Positions 1-10,385 of a stretch of DNA of 64,000 nt are shown here, piece after piece. Source of the DNA: Escherichia coli (GTDB lineage: Bacteria > Pseudomonadota > Gammaproteobacteria > Enterobacterales > Enterobacteriaceae). Location of the stretch: assembly GCF_003018255.1 (NCBI RefSeq), contig NZ_CP027440.1. One strand, given 5' to 3'. How positions within the stretch are numbered: position 1 is the first letter of the stretch; every line of letters begins with the position of its first letter. Made by a program: the position numbers and the translations under genes. Under the pieces are notes generated by a model. That model did not search any database and was not told where the DNA came from. It saw nothing but the letters and a program-made list of their open reading frames with translations.

Positions 1-663
1 CGTAAAGCAGCGCAATCTGACCCGAACTGTTTCTTTATTGATGACGAGAATTCCCGCACGTTGTTCCTTGGGTATTCCGTCGCTGGCCAGCGTCTTAAAG
101 CGCAATTTGCCGAGCAAGGTCGTATTGTCGATGCTGATAACCCTCTGTTTGTCTATCTGCCGTGTGGTGTTGGCGGTGGTCCTGGTGGCGTCGCATTCGG
201 GCTTAAACTGGCATTTGGCGATCATGTTCACTGCTTTTTTGCCGAACCAACGCACTCCCCTTGTATGCTGTTAGGCGTCCATACAGGATTACACGATCAG
301 ATTTCTGTTCAGGATATTGGTATCGATAACCTTACCGCAGCGGATGGCCTTGCAGTTGGTCGCGCATCAGGCTTTGTCGGGCGGGCAATGGAGCGTTTAC
401 TGGATGGCTTCTATACCCTTAGCGATCAAACCATGTATGACATGCTTGGCTGGCTGACGCAGGAAGAAGGTATTCGTCTTGAACCTTCGGCACTGGCGGG
501 TATGGCCGGACCTCAGCGCGTGTGTGCATCAGTAAGTTACCAACAGATGCACGGTTTCAGCGCAGAACAACTGCATAATGCCACTCATCTGGTGTGGGCG
601 ACGGGAGGTGGAATGGTGCCGGAAGAAGAGATGGAGCAATATCTGGCAAAAGGCCGTTCATAA
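1..663 (+). CDS. dsdA: D-serine dehydratase, C-terminal part (5' end outside window)
   Basis: Frame open from position 1 to stop at 661-663; translation ends ...[13 protein letters not shown], consistent with PLP-dependent D-serine ammonia-lyase; followed by emrY as in E. coli. Confidence 0.88.
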   Translation, partial: RKAAQSDPNCFFIDDENSRTLFLGYSVAGQRLKAQFAEQGRIVDADNPLFVYLPCGVGGGPGGVAFGLKLAFGDHVHCFFAEPTHSPCMLLGVHTGLHDQISVQDIGIDNLTAADGLAVGRASGFVGRAMERLLDGFYTLSDQTMYDMLGWLTQEEGIRLEPSALAGMAGPQRVCASVSYQQMHGFSAEQLHNATHLVWATGGGMVPEEEMEQYLAKGRS

Positions 664-767
664 CGTTTCAACGCAGCATCGCCATCCTTTCCCTGGGTGA
701 GCGATGCTGCCGATGGCGCAGACTTAAGATCCCCGGTCTTACCTGCTATAATTCTCTCTTTATACCA

Positions 768-2306
768 TCACCCAACGCCTTTCGCTGTAAACGGCGGTTT
801 CGCAAACCAAACCAATACCGTAAGTAAGATAAAAGCAATAGCCGCCATACGGAAAATCTCATTTGCAGAAATTGAAAGTGACTGCTGAGTTATTTCATTA
901 TTAATTTCATTAAGAACTCCTGAAAGCGAACCATAGTATTTATCCATAATTTGTGACGATGAATTAAATACGGGGTTAAATTGATCGATGGTTGCTGTCA
1001 ACTGACTATGGTGTAACGATTCGCGTCGTCCCCACAGCGTCATTGTCAACGACGTACCAACTGATCCTGACAAGGTACGAAAAAAATTACTCATACTCGA
1101 GGCATTGGCAAATTTATTATCTGGCAACCCTGAAAACGAAATCGTTGTTAAGGGTAAAAAGAAACAGGCAACGGCGAATCCCTGGAAAAACTGTGGCAAA
1201 ATGATGCCTGTAAAATCAATCGTTGGCATAAATGTCACAGAACGCCAGTAATAGCAAACCGCATACATCAAAAAACTAAATGTCACCAACAACCGCATAT
1301 CAATTTTGTTGCCATAACGTCCTATCAAAGGTGATATTAATAGCGGCATGATGCCGATGGGCGCATAGGCAAGTCCGGCCCATATCGCATTATACCCCAT
1401 CGTTTCCTGGAGTAACTGCGGCATAAGGACTATCGCCCCAGAGTAAAATAAATACGCGCATGTGATACTCACAATACCAATGGTGAAATTACGGGACTTA
1501 AACAAACTGAGATCAAGAATCGGATTCTCTGAGGTCGACTCCCAAATGACTAAAGAAATCAGAGAAATAACTGACACTACTGTTAGTATTATTATTGTAC
1601 TCGAGTTGAACCAATCCAGATCGCGCCCTTTATCAAGCATTATCTGCAAGCCACCAACACCGAGCACTAACAGGGTCAGTCCTGGTAGATTCATTTTGAC
1701 CGGTGAAGTCTCAGTTTCTCTTCCTTTAAGTAAGGTTAAGCATAATGTCAGAACGATAATCCCCATAGGGACATTGATTAAAAATATCCAACCCCAGCTA
1801 AAGTTATCGCAAATATAGCCGCCCAATATCGGCCCACATATCGGAGCGATAATTACGGTCATTGACCATAATGCCAAAGCAAATGTTCTTTTTTCTGGCG
1901 GATAATTCCTTAATAATAAACTCTGTGACAGTGGAATTAACGGCCCCGCCATTAAGCCCTGAACGACTCTAAAAAATATCAGCACATCAAGATTGGTCGA
2001 TAGGCTACACATTAATGAAGATAGTGAAAAAAAGGTTACTGAAAGTAAAAATAATCTTAATTCGCCTATTCTTTGTGCCAGCCTGCCGGTAACAGGGATC
2101 GCAATGGCATTTGCTACGCCAAACGAAGTGATAACCCAGGTGCCTTCGTCTGTTGATGCTCCCAGAAAGCCAGATATTGTCGGTATTGCGACGTTAGAAA
2201 TAGTGGAATCCAACATTTGCATAAACGTCGCTAAGGACAATGCAATAGTAACGCACCATAACGTCCCACCGGTTAATGGTGCCGGAGTTGATTTAGTGAT
2301 TGCCAT
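768..2306 (-). CDS. emrY: MFS multidrug efflux permease (EmrB-like, 14-TM class)
   Basis: 512-aa ORF, hydrophobic throughout; start overlaps emrK stop at 2306; matches EmrY. Confidence 0.93.
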   Translation of the reverse strand: MAITKSTPAPLTGGTLWCVTIALSLATFMQMLDSTISNVAIPTISGFLGASTDEGTWVITSFGVANAIAIPVTGRLAQRIGELRLFLLSVTFFSLSSLMCSLSTNLDVLIFFRVVQGLMAGPLIPLSQSLLLRNYPPEKRTFALALWSMTVIIAPICGPILGGYICDNFSWGWIFLINVPMGIIVLTLCLTLLKGRETETSPVKMNLPGLTLLVLGVGGLQIMLDKGRDLDWFNSSTIIILTVVSVISLISLVIWESTSENPILDLSLFKSRNFTIGIVSITCAYLFYSGAIVLMPQLLQETMGYNAIWAGLAYAPIGIMPLLISPLIGRYGNKIDMRLLVTFSFLMYAVCYYWRSVTFMPTIDFTGIILPQFFQGFAVACFFLPLTTISFSGLPDNKFANASSMSNFFRTLSGSVGTSLTMTLWGRRESLHHSQLTATIDQFNPVFNSSSQIMDKYYGSLSGVLNEINNEITQQSLSISANEIFRMAAIAFILLTVLVWFAKPPFTAKGVG

Positions 2307-3469
2307 TAAAGTTGTCCATTATGCGAAATAATGTTGCTAATTTCTTTTTCTATCGGAGTAGTATCGATAACTAAAGCCTTACTGGTATAAGCAGGCATGG
2401 AGGTCACGGTTGAAGCCAGCTCAGGCATCTCAGCAATGTCTTCGTCCTTCGTATCAATAGTTGCAGTCATCGATAAACCAATACGTAAGGGATGTTCCAT
2501 GAGTTCTTTTGGATCAAGAGAAACTTCAACCGGTACACGCTGAACGATTTTGATCCAGTTCCCTGTCGCATTTTGTGCAGGTAATAAGGAGAACGCATTG
2601 CCGGTTCCCATATTGATTCCTGTCACCCGACCATGAAACACAACATTTTCACCATAAAGATCGCTGATAATATTGACCGATTGACCAATCCGTACATCCG
2701 TGAGTTGTGTTTCTTTAAAGTTGGCATTAACCCACATTTGACGTGCCGGTACGACAGCCATTAACGATTGTCCGGGACTCACTGTTTCGCCGACCTGAAC
2801 ACTTCGCTGGGCAATATAGCCGGTAACAGGACTCTTAATATCCGTACGTTTAAGCGCTAACCAGGCTTCTTTGGTTGCATCTGCCGCTTCAACGACTTGT
2901 GGCTGACGGTTTAATGGTGTGTTCATTACTAAAGCTTTATTCGCTTTATAAGCCTGGATAGCGGCATTCAATGCCGCTTTGCTACTTATTAACGTATCTT
3001 TGGTATGCTCCAGCGTTTCTTTTGAAATAACCCCCTGCTTCGCTAAAGGCACACGACGGTTATAATCTTCTAAAGATTGTTGATACTGAATACGTGCTGA
3101 AGCGACTTCGGCACTGTATTGTTTATCCTGTAAGTACAGTTTATTCGTTTGCCGAACAATATTTGCCAGATTATTTTTAGCTTTATTGAGTGCGATAGTG
3201 GCATCAGTCTTATCCAGTGAGACTAAAATGTCACCCTGTCGAACGTAGTTCGTATCTTTATGATTAACGACAGTGACGCTGCCTGAAACTTGTGCAGAAA
3301 TTGGATCTGCATTCCCCGTGACATAGGCGTCATCTGTACTAATCATGTCTTCTAATTCCATTGACCAATAGGCATAGGCACCTGAAAACGCAATAAATAA
3401 AACTACCGCCAATAAAGAAAAGTATTTTCTTCTGTTAGAATGTTTTTTATTTGAATTAATCTGTTCCAC
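2306..3469 (-). CDS. emrK: Membrane fusion protein of EmrKY efflux pump (HlyD family)
   Basis: 387-aa ORF with N-terminal TM anchor and coiled-coil-like middle; immediately upstream of emrY on same strand. Confidence 0.93.
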   Translation of the reverse strand: MEQINSNKKHSNRRKYFSLLAVVLFIAFSGAYAYWSMELEDMISTDDAYVTGNADPISAQVSGSVTVVNHKDTNYVRQGDILVSLDKTDATIALNKAKNNLANIVRQTNKLYLQDKQYSAEVASARIQYQQSLEDYNRRVPLAKQGVISKETLEHTKDTLISSKAALNAAIQAYKANKALVMNTPLNRQPQVVEAADATKEAWLALKRTDIKSPVTGYIAQRSVQVGETVSPGQSLMAVVPARQMWVNANFKETQLTDVRIGQSVNIISDLYGENVVFHGRVTGINMGTGNAFSLLPAQNATGNWIKIVQRVPVEVSLDPKELMEHPLRIGLSMTATIDTKDEDIAEMPELASTVTSMPAYTSKALVIDTTPIEKEISNIISHNGQL

Positions 3470-3642
3470 TTTTATCTCTCATTTCGCATAGATGAAATTT
3501 ATGAATTGAATGAAAAGAGTATTCATTCTTCATATCAAACACAGTGCATGTGTTGCACATTATCCCAGGAACGTTGGAGGCCTAATTTAAATGAGGTGCA
3601 AAAAAAACAACAGAGGACTAAACCGTGGCTTTTGCAATACAA

Positions 3643-3660
3643 TTCTTACGCATGTAGGAT
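3643..3660. promoter_or_regulatory. EvgA-box-like imperfect inverted repeat in emrK-evgA divergent promoter region
   Basis: TTCTTACG-CA-TGTAGGAT resembles the reported EvgA 18-bp motif TTCPyTACA-N2-TGTAPuGAA; about 175 bp upstream of emrK start. Confidence 0.5.
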
Positions 3661-3884
3661 TAGTGAGAAGACTTATAGTGCTAATGTGAAACTATAAATC
3701 ATCGGTACAATCCCTGATTTTATTGTTGACATTTCATTTATGCCGACTATTTATATGGTATACTTGTTGAATTATCTTAAAGGAAGCTCAAATTTTCTTA
3801 TTTTGATTGAGAAAATGAGATGATGCCTTATGTCTGTATTACTACAGGGAGAAGGGAAATGCTTCATTGCAAAGGGAATAATCT

Positions 3885-4499
3885 ATGAACGCAATAATTA
3901 TTGATGACCATCCTCTTGCTATCGCAGCAATTCGTAATTTATTGATCAAAAACGATATTGAAATCTTAGCGGAGTTGACTGAAGGGGGAAGTGCCGTTCA
4001 GCGGGTGGAAACACTTAAACCTGATATCGTCATCATTGATGTCGATATCCCCGGAGTTAACGGTATCCAGGTGTTAGAAACGCTGAGGAAGCGCCAATAT
4101 AGCGGAATTATTATTATCGTCTCCGCTAAAAATGACCATTTTTACGGGAAACATTGTGCTGATGCTGGCGCTAATGGTTTCGTGAGTAAAAAAGAAGGCA
4201 TGAACAATATCATTGCAGCTATTGAAGCTGCAAAAAATGGCTACTGCTATTTCCCCTTCTCTCTCAACCGGTTTGTTGGAAGTTTAACGTCCGACCAGCA
4301 AAAACTCGACTCCTTATCGAAACAAGAAATTAGTGTCATGCGGTATATTCTTGATGGCAAGGATAATAATGACATTGCTGAAAAAATGTTCATCAGCAAC
4401 AAAACTGTCAGCACTTATAAAAGTCGCTTGATGGAAAAATTAGAATGCAAATCACTGATGGATCTTTACACATTCGCACAACGTAACAAAATCGGCTAA
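3885..4499 (+). CDS. evgA: Response regulator EvgA (receiver domain plus LuxR-type HTH)
   Basis: 204-aa ORF; receiver motifs (IIIDDHP, DIVIIDVDIPG) and C-terminal HTH (ISNKTVSTYKSRLMEKL); AAGGGA Shine-Dalgarno upstream. Confidence 0.95.
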   Translation: MNAIIIDDHPLAIAAIRNLLIKNDIEILAELTEGGSAVQRVETLKPDIVIIDVDIPGVNGIQVLETLRKRQYSGIIIIVSAKNDHFYGKHCADAGANGFVSKKEGMNNIIAAIEAAKNGYCYFPFSLNRFVGSLTSDQQKLDSLSKQEISVMRYILDGKDNNDIAEKMFISNKTVSTYKSRLMEKLECKSLMDLYTFAQRNKIG

Positions 4500-4503
4500 C
4501 CAC

Positions 4504-7500
4504 ATGAAGTTTTTACCCTATATTTTTCTTCTCTGTTGTGGTCTTTGGTCGACCATAAGTTTCGCAGACGGAGATTACATCGAATATCGTGGCATCAGTA
4601 GTAACAACCGTGTCACACTTGATCCACTACGTCTGAGCAACAAGGAATTACGTTGGCTCGCGAGCAAAAAAAATCTTGTGATTGCAGTACACAAGTCCCA
4701 AACAGCTACGTTGTTGCATACCGATTCGCAGCAACGGATTCGTGGTATTAATGCTGATTATTTAAATCTTTTAAAAAGAGCGTTAAATATCAAATTAACA
4801 CTCCGGGAATACGCAGATCATCAAAAAGCAATGGACGCGCTGGAAGACGGTGAAGTTGATATAGTGTTATCACATTTAGTTGCTTCGCCGCCTCTTAATG
4901 ATGACATTGCTGCAACCAATCCTCTGATAATTACCTTTCCGGCGCTGGTCACTACCCTTCACGATTCAATGCGACCGCTTACCTCATCAAAACCAGTAAA
5001 TATTGCTCGAGTAGCAAATTATCCCCCAGACGAGGTAATTCATCAATCATTTCCAAAAGCAACAATTATCTCTTTTACAAATTTATATCAGGCATTAGCA
5101 TCCGTCTCAGCCGGACAGAATGATTACTTTATTGGTAGTAACATCATTACCAGCAGTATGATTTCCCGTTATTTTACTCACTCCTTAAATGTAGTGAAGT
5201 ATTATAACTCACCGCGTCAATATAACTTTTTATTAACCAGAAAAGATTCTATCGTTCTTAATGAAGTACTCAATCGATTTGTTGATGCTTTAACAAATGA
5301 AGTTCGCTATGAAGTATCACAAAATTGGCTTGATACAGGAAATCTGGCCTTTCTGAACAAACCATTAGAACTCACTGAACATGAAAAACAGTGGATTAAG
5401 CAGCATCCCGATTTAAAGGTGCTAGAAAATCCTTACTCGCCACCCTATTCTATGACAGATGAAACTGGCTCAGTTCGGGGCGTGATGGGTGATATTCTTA
5501 ATATTATTACCTTGCAAACAGGTTTAAATTTTTCTCCGATCACCGTTTCACACAATATTCATGCTGGGACACAGCTTAACCCCGGTGGATGGGATATATT
5601 GCCCGCCGCTATTTATAGTGAAGATCGAGAAAATAATGTTTCATTTGCTGAAGCCTTCATAACAACGCCTTACGTTTTTGTCATGCAAAAAGCGCCTGAC
5701 AGTGAACAAACATTAAAAAAAGGAATGAAAGTTGCCATTCCCTATTATTATGAGCTTCATTCGCAATTAAAAGAGATGTATCCGGAGGTAGAGTGGATAA
5801 AAGTCGATAACGCCAGCGCTGCATTTCACAAGGTTAAAGAAGGTGAACTTGATGCTCTGGTCGCGACACAGTTAAATTCGCGTTACATGATCGACCATTA
5901 CTATCCTAATGAACTTTATCATTTTCTTATTCCCGGCGTTCAGAATGCATCACTTTCGTTCGCTTTTCCTCGCGGAGAACCGGAACTTAAGGATATTATT
6001 AATAAAGCACTGAATGCAATTCCCCCAAGCGAAGTTCTGCGCCTGACCGAAAAATGGATTAAAATGCCCAATGTGACCATTGACACATGGGACCTCTATA
6101 GCGAGCAATTTTATATTGTTACGACATTATCCGTTTTATTAGTTGGCAGTAGCCTTTTATGGGGATTCTACCTGTTACGCTCAGTTCGTCGTCGTAAAGT
6201 TATTCAGGGTGATTTAGAAAACCAAATATCATTCCGGAAAGCGCTCTCGGATTCCTTACCGAATCCAACTTATGTTGTAAACTGGCAAGGTAATGTCATT
6301 AGTCACAATAGTGCATTTGAACATTATTTCACTGCTGATTACTATAAAAATGCAATGTTACCATTAGAAAACAGTGAATCCCCCTTTAAAGATGTTTTTT
6401 CTAATACGCATGAAGTCACAGCAGAAACGAAAGAAAACCGAACAATATACACACAGGTATTTGAAATTGATAATGGCATCGAGAAAAGATGCATTAATCA
6501 CTGGCATACCTTATGTAATCTGCCAGCAAGCGAACATGCTGTTTATATTTGTGGTTGGCAAGATATTACCGAGACGCGTGATTTAATTCATGCACTCGAA
6601 GTAGAGAGAAATAAAGCGATCAATGCAACTGTCGCAAAAAGCCAGTTTCTGGCAACAATGAGTCACGAAATAAGAACACCAATAAGCTCCATTATGGGCT
6701 TCCTGGAACTTCTGTCGGGTTCTGGTCTTAGCAAGGAACAACGGGTGGAGGCGATTTCACTTGCCTACGCCACCGGACAATCACTCCTCGGCTTAATTGG
6801 TGAAATCCTTGATGTCGACAAAATTGAATCGGGTAACTATCAACTTCAACCACAATGGGTCGATATCCCTACTTTAGTCCAGAACACTTGTCACTCTTTC
6901 GGTGCGATTGCTGCAAGCAAATCGATCGCATTAAGTTGCAGCAGTACGCTTCCTGAACGCTACCTGGTTAAGATCGACCCTCAGGCGTTTAAGCAGGTCT
7001 TATCTAATTTACTGAGTAATGCTCTCAAATTTACTACCGAGGGGGCAGTAAAAATTACGACCTCCCTGGGTCACATTGATGACAACCACGCTGTTATCAA
7101 AATGACGATTATGGATTCTGGAAGTGGATTATCGCAGGAAGAACAACAACAACTGTTTAAACGCTATAGCCAAACAAGTGCAGGTCGTCAGCAAACAGGT
7201 TCTGGTTTAGGCTTAATGATCTGCAAAGAATTAATTAAAAACATGCAGGGCGATTTGTCATTAGAAAGTCATCCAGGCATAGGAACGATATTTACGATCA
7301 CAATCCCGGTAGAAATTACCCAACAAGTGGCGGCTGTCGAGGCAAAAGCAGAACAACCTATAACACTACCTGAAAAGTTGAGCATATTAATCGCGGATGA
7401 TCATCCGACCAACAGGCTATTACTCAAACGCCAGCTAAATCTATTAGGATATGATGTTGATGAAGCCACTGATGGTGTGCAAGCGCTACACAAAGTCAGT

Positions 7501-8097
7501 ATGCAACATTATGATCTGCTTATTACTGACGTTAATATGCCGAATATGGATGGTTTTGAGTTGACTCGCAAACTCCGAGAGCAAAATTCTTCCTTACCCA
7601 TCTGGGGGCTTACAGCCAACGCACAGGCTAACGAACGTGAAAAAGGGTTAAATTGCGGCATGAACTTATGTTTGTTCAAACCGTTGACTCTGGATGTACT
7701 GAAAACACATTTAAGTCAGTTACACCAGGTTGCGCATATTGCACCTCAGTATCGCCACCTTGATATCGAGGCCCTGAAGAATAATACGGCGAATGATCTA
7801 CAACTGATGCAGGAGATTCTCATGACTTTCCAGCATGAAACGCATAAAGATCTACCCGCTGCGTTTCATGCACTAGAAGCTGGCGATAACAGAACTTTCC
7901 ATCAGTGTATTCATCGCATCCACGGTGCGGCTAACATCCTGAATTTGCAAAAGTTGATTAATATTAGCCACCAGTTAGAAATAACACCTGTTTCAGATGA
8001 CAGTAAGCCTGAAATTCTTCAGTTGCTGAACTCTGTAAAAGAACACATTGCAGAGCTGGACCAGGAGATTACTGTTTTCTGTCAGCAAAATGACTAA
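4504..8097 (+). CDS. evgS: Hybrid sensor histidine kinase EvgS
   Basis: 1197-aa ORF; signal peptide, large periplasmic region, TM, H-box (MSHEIRTPISS), receiver domain (LIADDHPTN...DVNMPNMDGF) and C-terminal HPt (HRIHGAANIL). Confidence 0.95.
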   Translation: MKFLPYIFLLCCGLWSTISFADGDYIEYRGISSNNRVTLDPLRLSNKELRWLASKKNLVIAVHKSQTATLLHTDSQQRIRGINADYLNLLKRALNIKLTLREYADHQKAMDALEDGEVDIVLSHLVASPPLNDDIAATNPLIITFPALVTTLHDSMRPLTSSKPVNIARVANYPPDEVIHQSFPKATIISFTNLYQALASVSAGQNDYFIGSNIITSSMISRYFTHSLNVVKYYNSPRQYNFLLTRKDSIVLNEVLNRFVDALTNEVRYEVSQNWLDTGNLAFLNKPLELTEHEKQWIKQHPDLKVLENPYSPPYSMTDETGSVRGVMGDILNIITLQTGLNFSPITVSHNIHAGTQLNPGGWDILPAAIYSEDRENNVSFAEAFITTPYVFVMQKAPDSEQTLKKGMKVAIPYYYELHSQLKEMYPEVEWIKVDNASAAFHKVKEGELDALVATQLNSRYMIDHYYPNELYHFLIPGVQNASLSFAFPRGEPELKDIINKALNAIPPSEVLRLTEKWIKMPNVTIDTWDLYSEQFYIVTTLSVLLVGSSLLWGFYLLRSVRRRKVIQGDLENQISFRKALSDSLPNPTYVVNWQGNVISHNSAFEHYFTADYYKNAMLPLENSESPFKDVFSNTHEVTAETKENRTIYTQVFEIDNGIEKRCINHWHTLCNLPASEHAVYICGWQDITETRDLIHALEVERNKAINATVAKSQFLATMSHEIRTPISSIMGFLELLSGSGLSKEQRVEAISLAYATGQSLLGLIGEILDVDKIESGNYQLQPQWVDIPTLVQNTCHSFGAIAASKSIALSCSSTLPERYLVKIDPQAFKQVLSNLLSNALKFTTEGAVKITTSLGHIDDNHAVIKMTIMDSGSGLSQEEQQQLFKRYSQTSAGRQQTGSGLGLMICKELIKNMQGDLSLESHPGIGTIFTITIPVEITQQVAAVEAKAEQPITLPEKLSILIADDHPTNRLLLKRQLNLLGYDVDEATDGVQALHKVSMQHYDLLITDVNMPNMDGFELTRKLREQNSSLPIWGLTANAQANEREKGLNCGMNLCLFKPLTLDVLKTHLSQLHQVAHIAPQYRHLDIEALKNNTANDLQLMQEILMTFQHETHKDLPAAFHALEAGDNRTFHQCIHRIHGAANILNLQKLINISHQLEITPVSDDSKPEILQLLNSVKEHIAELDQEITVFCQQND

Positions 8098-8103
8098 ATA
8101 GCG

Positions 8104-8136
8104 GCTCCCACAATGTTCAAATGTGGGAGCTATTTA
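8104..8136. terminator. Putative bidirectional intrinsic terminator between evgS and yfdE
   Basis: Perfect 9-bp stem GCTCCCACA / TGTGGGAGC with 9-nt loop, T-rich tail on plus strand. Confidence 0.6.
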
Positions 8137-8152
8137 CCAGCACATCTTACAT

Positions 8153-9298
8153 TTATGATGAGAACTCCTGGCGAATTTGTTCCCCATGCTGGTCGAGCGT
8201 TGCCGCTCCCGGCATAACATGCGGGTCCGCGCAGCCGCTGATTTTTATCGGATTCCCCGGCATCATTATTCCCCCGGCTTCAATCAACATATTTCTCGCC
8301 TGAGTTTGTGGCAAATTAATGGCCTCAGCCACACTTAATAACGGCGCGACGGGTACACCAACTTCATGTATTCTGGCTAACCAAACTTCAGCTGCCTGCG
8401 TTTTTAACGTCCGCTCAATATATTGTTTAAGAATAGCCTGGTTTTGTACGCGTAAAATATTGCTGCTAAATCTGGGATCATTAACCAGTTCCGTAAGCTC
8501 CAGTGCCTGGCATAACGCAGAAAAAAGCTTGTCATTACCACAACAAATCGTAATCGGCTTATCCTGAGTATCGAAAACATCAAAAGGTGCCATGTAGGGA
8601 TGGCGATTTCCCAGGCGTTGTGGTGACTTCCCTGTCGCAATATATGCCATCAGACCATGCTCCAGAAAACTCAGCGTGGCATCAAACATCGCTATATCGA
8701 CATGCGCCCCTCTTTGGCTCTTTTCGCGGCCATAAAGTGCACTCACTATTCCGCTGAATAAATAGACACCGCCGCATAGATCCGCAAGAGAGGTACCCAC
8801 GCGCACTGGCGGAGCATCAGGGTATCCTGTTTCCATCATTATCCCGCTCATTGCCTGAATGATGGTATCGTAGGCAGGAGCATCTTTTAGCGGACCGGTA
8901 TGTCCGAAACCTGACGATGAAGCATATATAAGGCGCGGGTTGATTTCTTGTAACCTTTCCCATGAAAACCCGAGTTTTTCCATTGTACCTGGGCGAAAAT
9001 TCTCAGCTAATACATCCGCTTGTTTAAGCATATTTATAAATATACTTTTATCGTGATCATTCTTTAAATCAAGAACCACACTCTCTTTGCCATGATTAAT
9101 AAAACTGTAATAGAGTGACTGTCCATCCACATAGGGACCAAATGTGCGGGTATCATCACCATGACCCGGCGGCTCAACTTTAATTACCCTTGCGCCCATA
9201 TTACAAAGAAGTTGAGTTCCGAAAGGCCCATTAAGGACATGCGTCATATCGATAACTAATAAGCCTTCAAACGGCCCTTTGCATTCATTATTTGTCAT
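8153..9298 (-). CDS. yfdE: Family III CoA-transferase (acetyl-CoA:oxalate CoA-transferase)
   Basis: ORF paralogous to frc in this window (both carry CoA-transferase family III motifs); start chosen at MTNNECKGPFEG (381 aa) rather than the first in-frame ATG at 9337. Confidence 0.88.
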   Translation of the reverse strand: MTNNECKGPFEGLLVIDMTHVLNGPFGTQLLCNMGARVIKVEPPGHGDDTRTFGPYVDGQSLYYSFINHGKESVVLDLKNDHDKSIFINMLKQADVLAENFRPGTMEKLGFSWERLQEINPRLIYASSSGFGHTGPLKDAPAYDTIIQAMSGIMMETGYPDAPPVRVGTSLADLCGGVYLFSGIVSALYGREKSQRGAHVDIAMFDATLSFLEHGLMAYIATGKSPQRLGNRHPYMAPFDVFDTQDKPITICCGNDKLFSALCQALELTELVNDPRFSSNILRVQNQAILKQYIERTLKTQAAEVWLARIHEVGVPVAPLLSVAEAINLPQTQARNMLIEAGGIMMPGNPIKISGCADPHVMPGAATLDQHGEQIRQEFSS

Positions 9299-9371
9299 TT
9301 GCTTATGCCTTGAAAAAAGCCGAAGGTGAAAAGACACTTCGGCATTTATGTAAAATCAATAACATGATTAA

Positions 9372-10316
9372 TTATGAAACCAGTCGACTGACATAAATCC
9401 ACAAAGGAGCCGTGACGACAAAACCCAGTACGCTCACAGCCAATGACGCTGTACCAGTGCGGGTGTAGACATTAAACCGGCTGGCAATAATGATTCCGGA
9501 GAATGCCGGCGGTAAGGCGCCTGCCAGTACCATCATCTGCAAATGTTCGCTGTTCAAATGACATGCCATACCAACGAGAAGCAGCGCCAGTGGCATCAGA
9601 ATCAGCTTCAGGAAGGTGTTATAAGCAATTTCGGCACTGAACTCGAATTTATGTGCAGCCAGAGTCAACCCCGCAGCGAATACCGCTACCCCTGAGTTAG
9701 CCTTCGCAATCAGATTAAAGGTTGGGTCCCATGCTGCCGGAATTTTTACCCCAACCAACACCAGGATCGTTGCCAGAACAGGTGCCCATACTACTGGCTC
9801 CTTTGCCGCAGAAATTAATGCGCTCAGATTACTATTCTTCTTACCATCCGCTCCTGAGGAAGGATTCAGCAAATACAGACCAATAGGAATAGTAATTGCA
9901 TTAACAATAATAGAAATAATTGCTACCACTAAACCTGTTGATACGGAATCACCATAAATAGGATCGAGAACTGCAAATCCCAGGAATCCAATGGTAGGTG
10001 AACCTGCAATTAATGCACATACTGCTGCTTCTGCATGAGTACGTTTAAAAAATTTGTAGCAACCGAACCAGGAGAAAAAGAAACATCCGACAATAACCAC
10101 AAGTGATACAAGGGTCAGACGAGTGTCCGCAAAAATCATTTCCCTGTTTGCCCGGGTAATAGATACAAATAGAGCTGCAGGAAGAGCGTAGTTTAATACC
10201 AGTTTATTAAATGCCCGGGCTTGATCTTCTGAAAAAGTTTCTCGTCTGCCGCTAAAATAACCCAACAGCATGATTACGATAATAGGCAATAAATCGCCAA
10301 TAAAAAATGTTAGCAT
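9372..10316 (-). CDS. yfdV: AEC-family membrane transporter
   Basis: 314-aa polytopic membrane ORF between yfdE and oxc. Confidence 0.88.
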
Positions 10317-10385
10317 AATAGTATTTCCGATAAGGGTCCCCTCACCATCGCATAATGAGTTGGCAAGAGGAGACGATGTCAGTAT

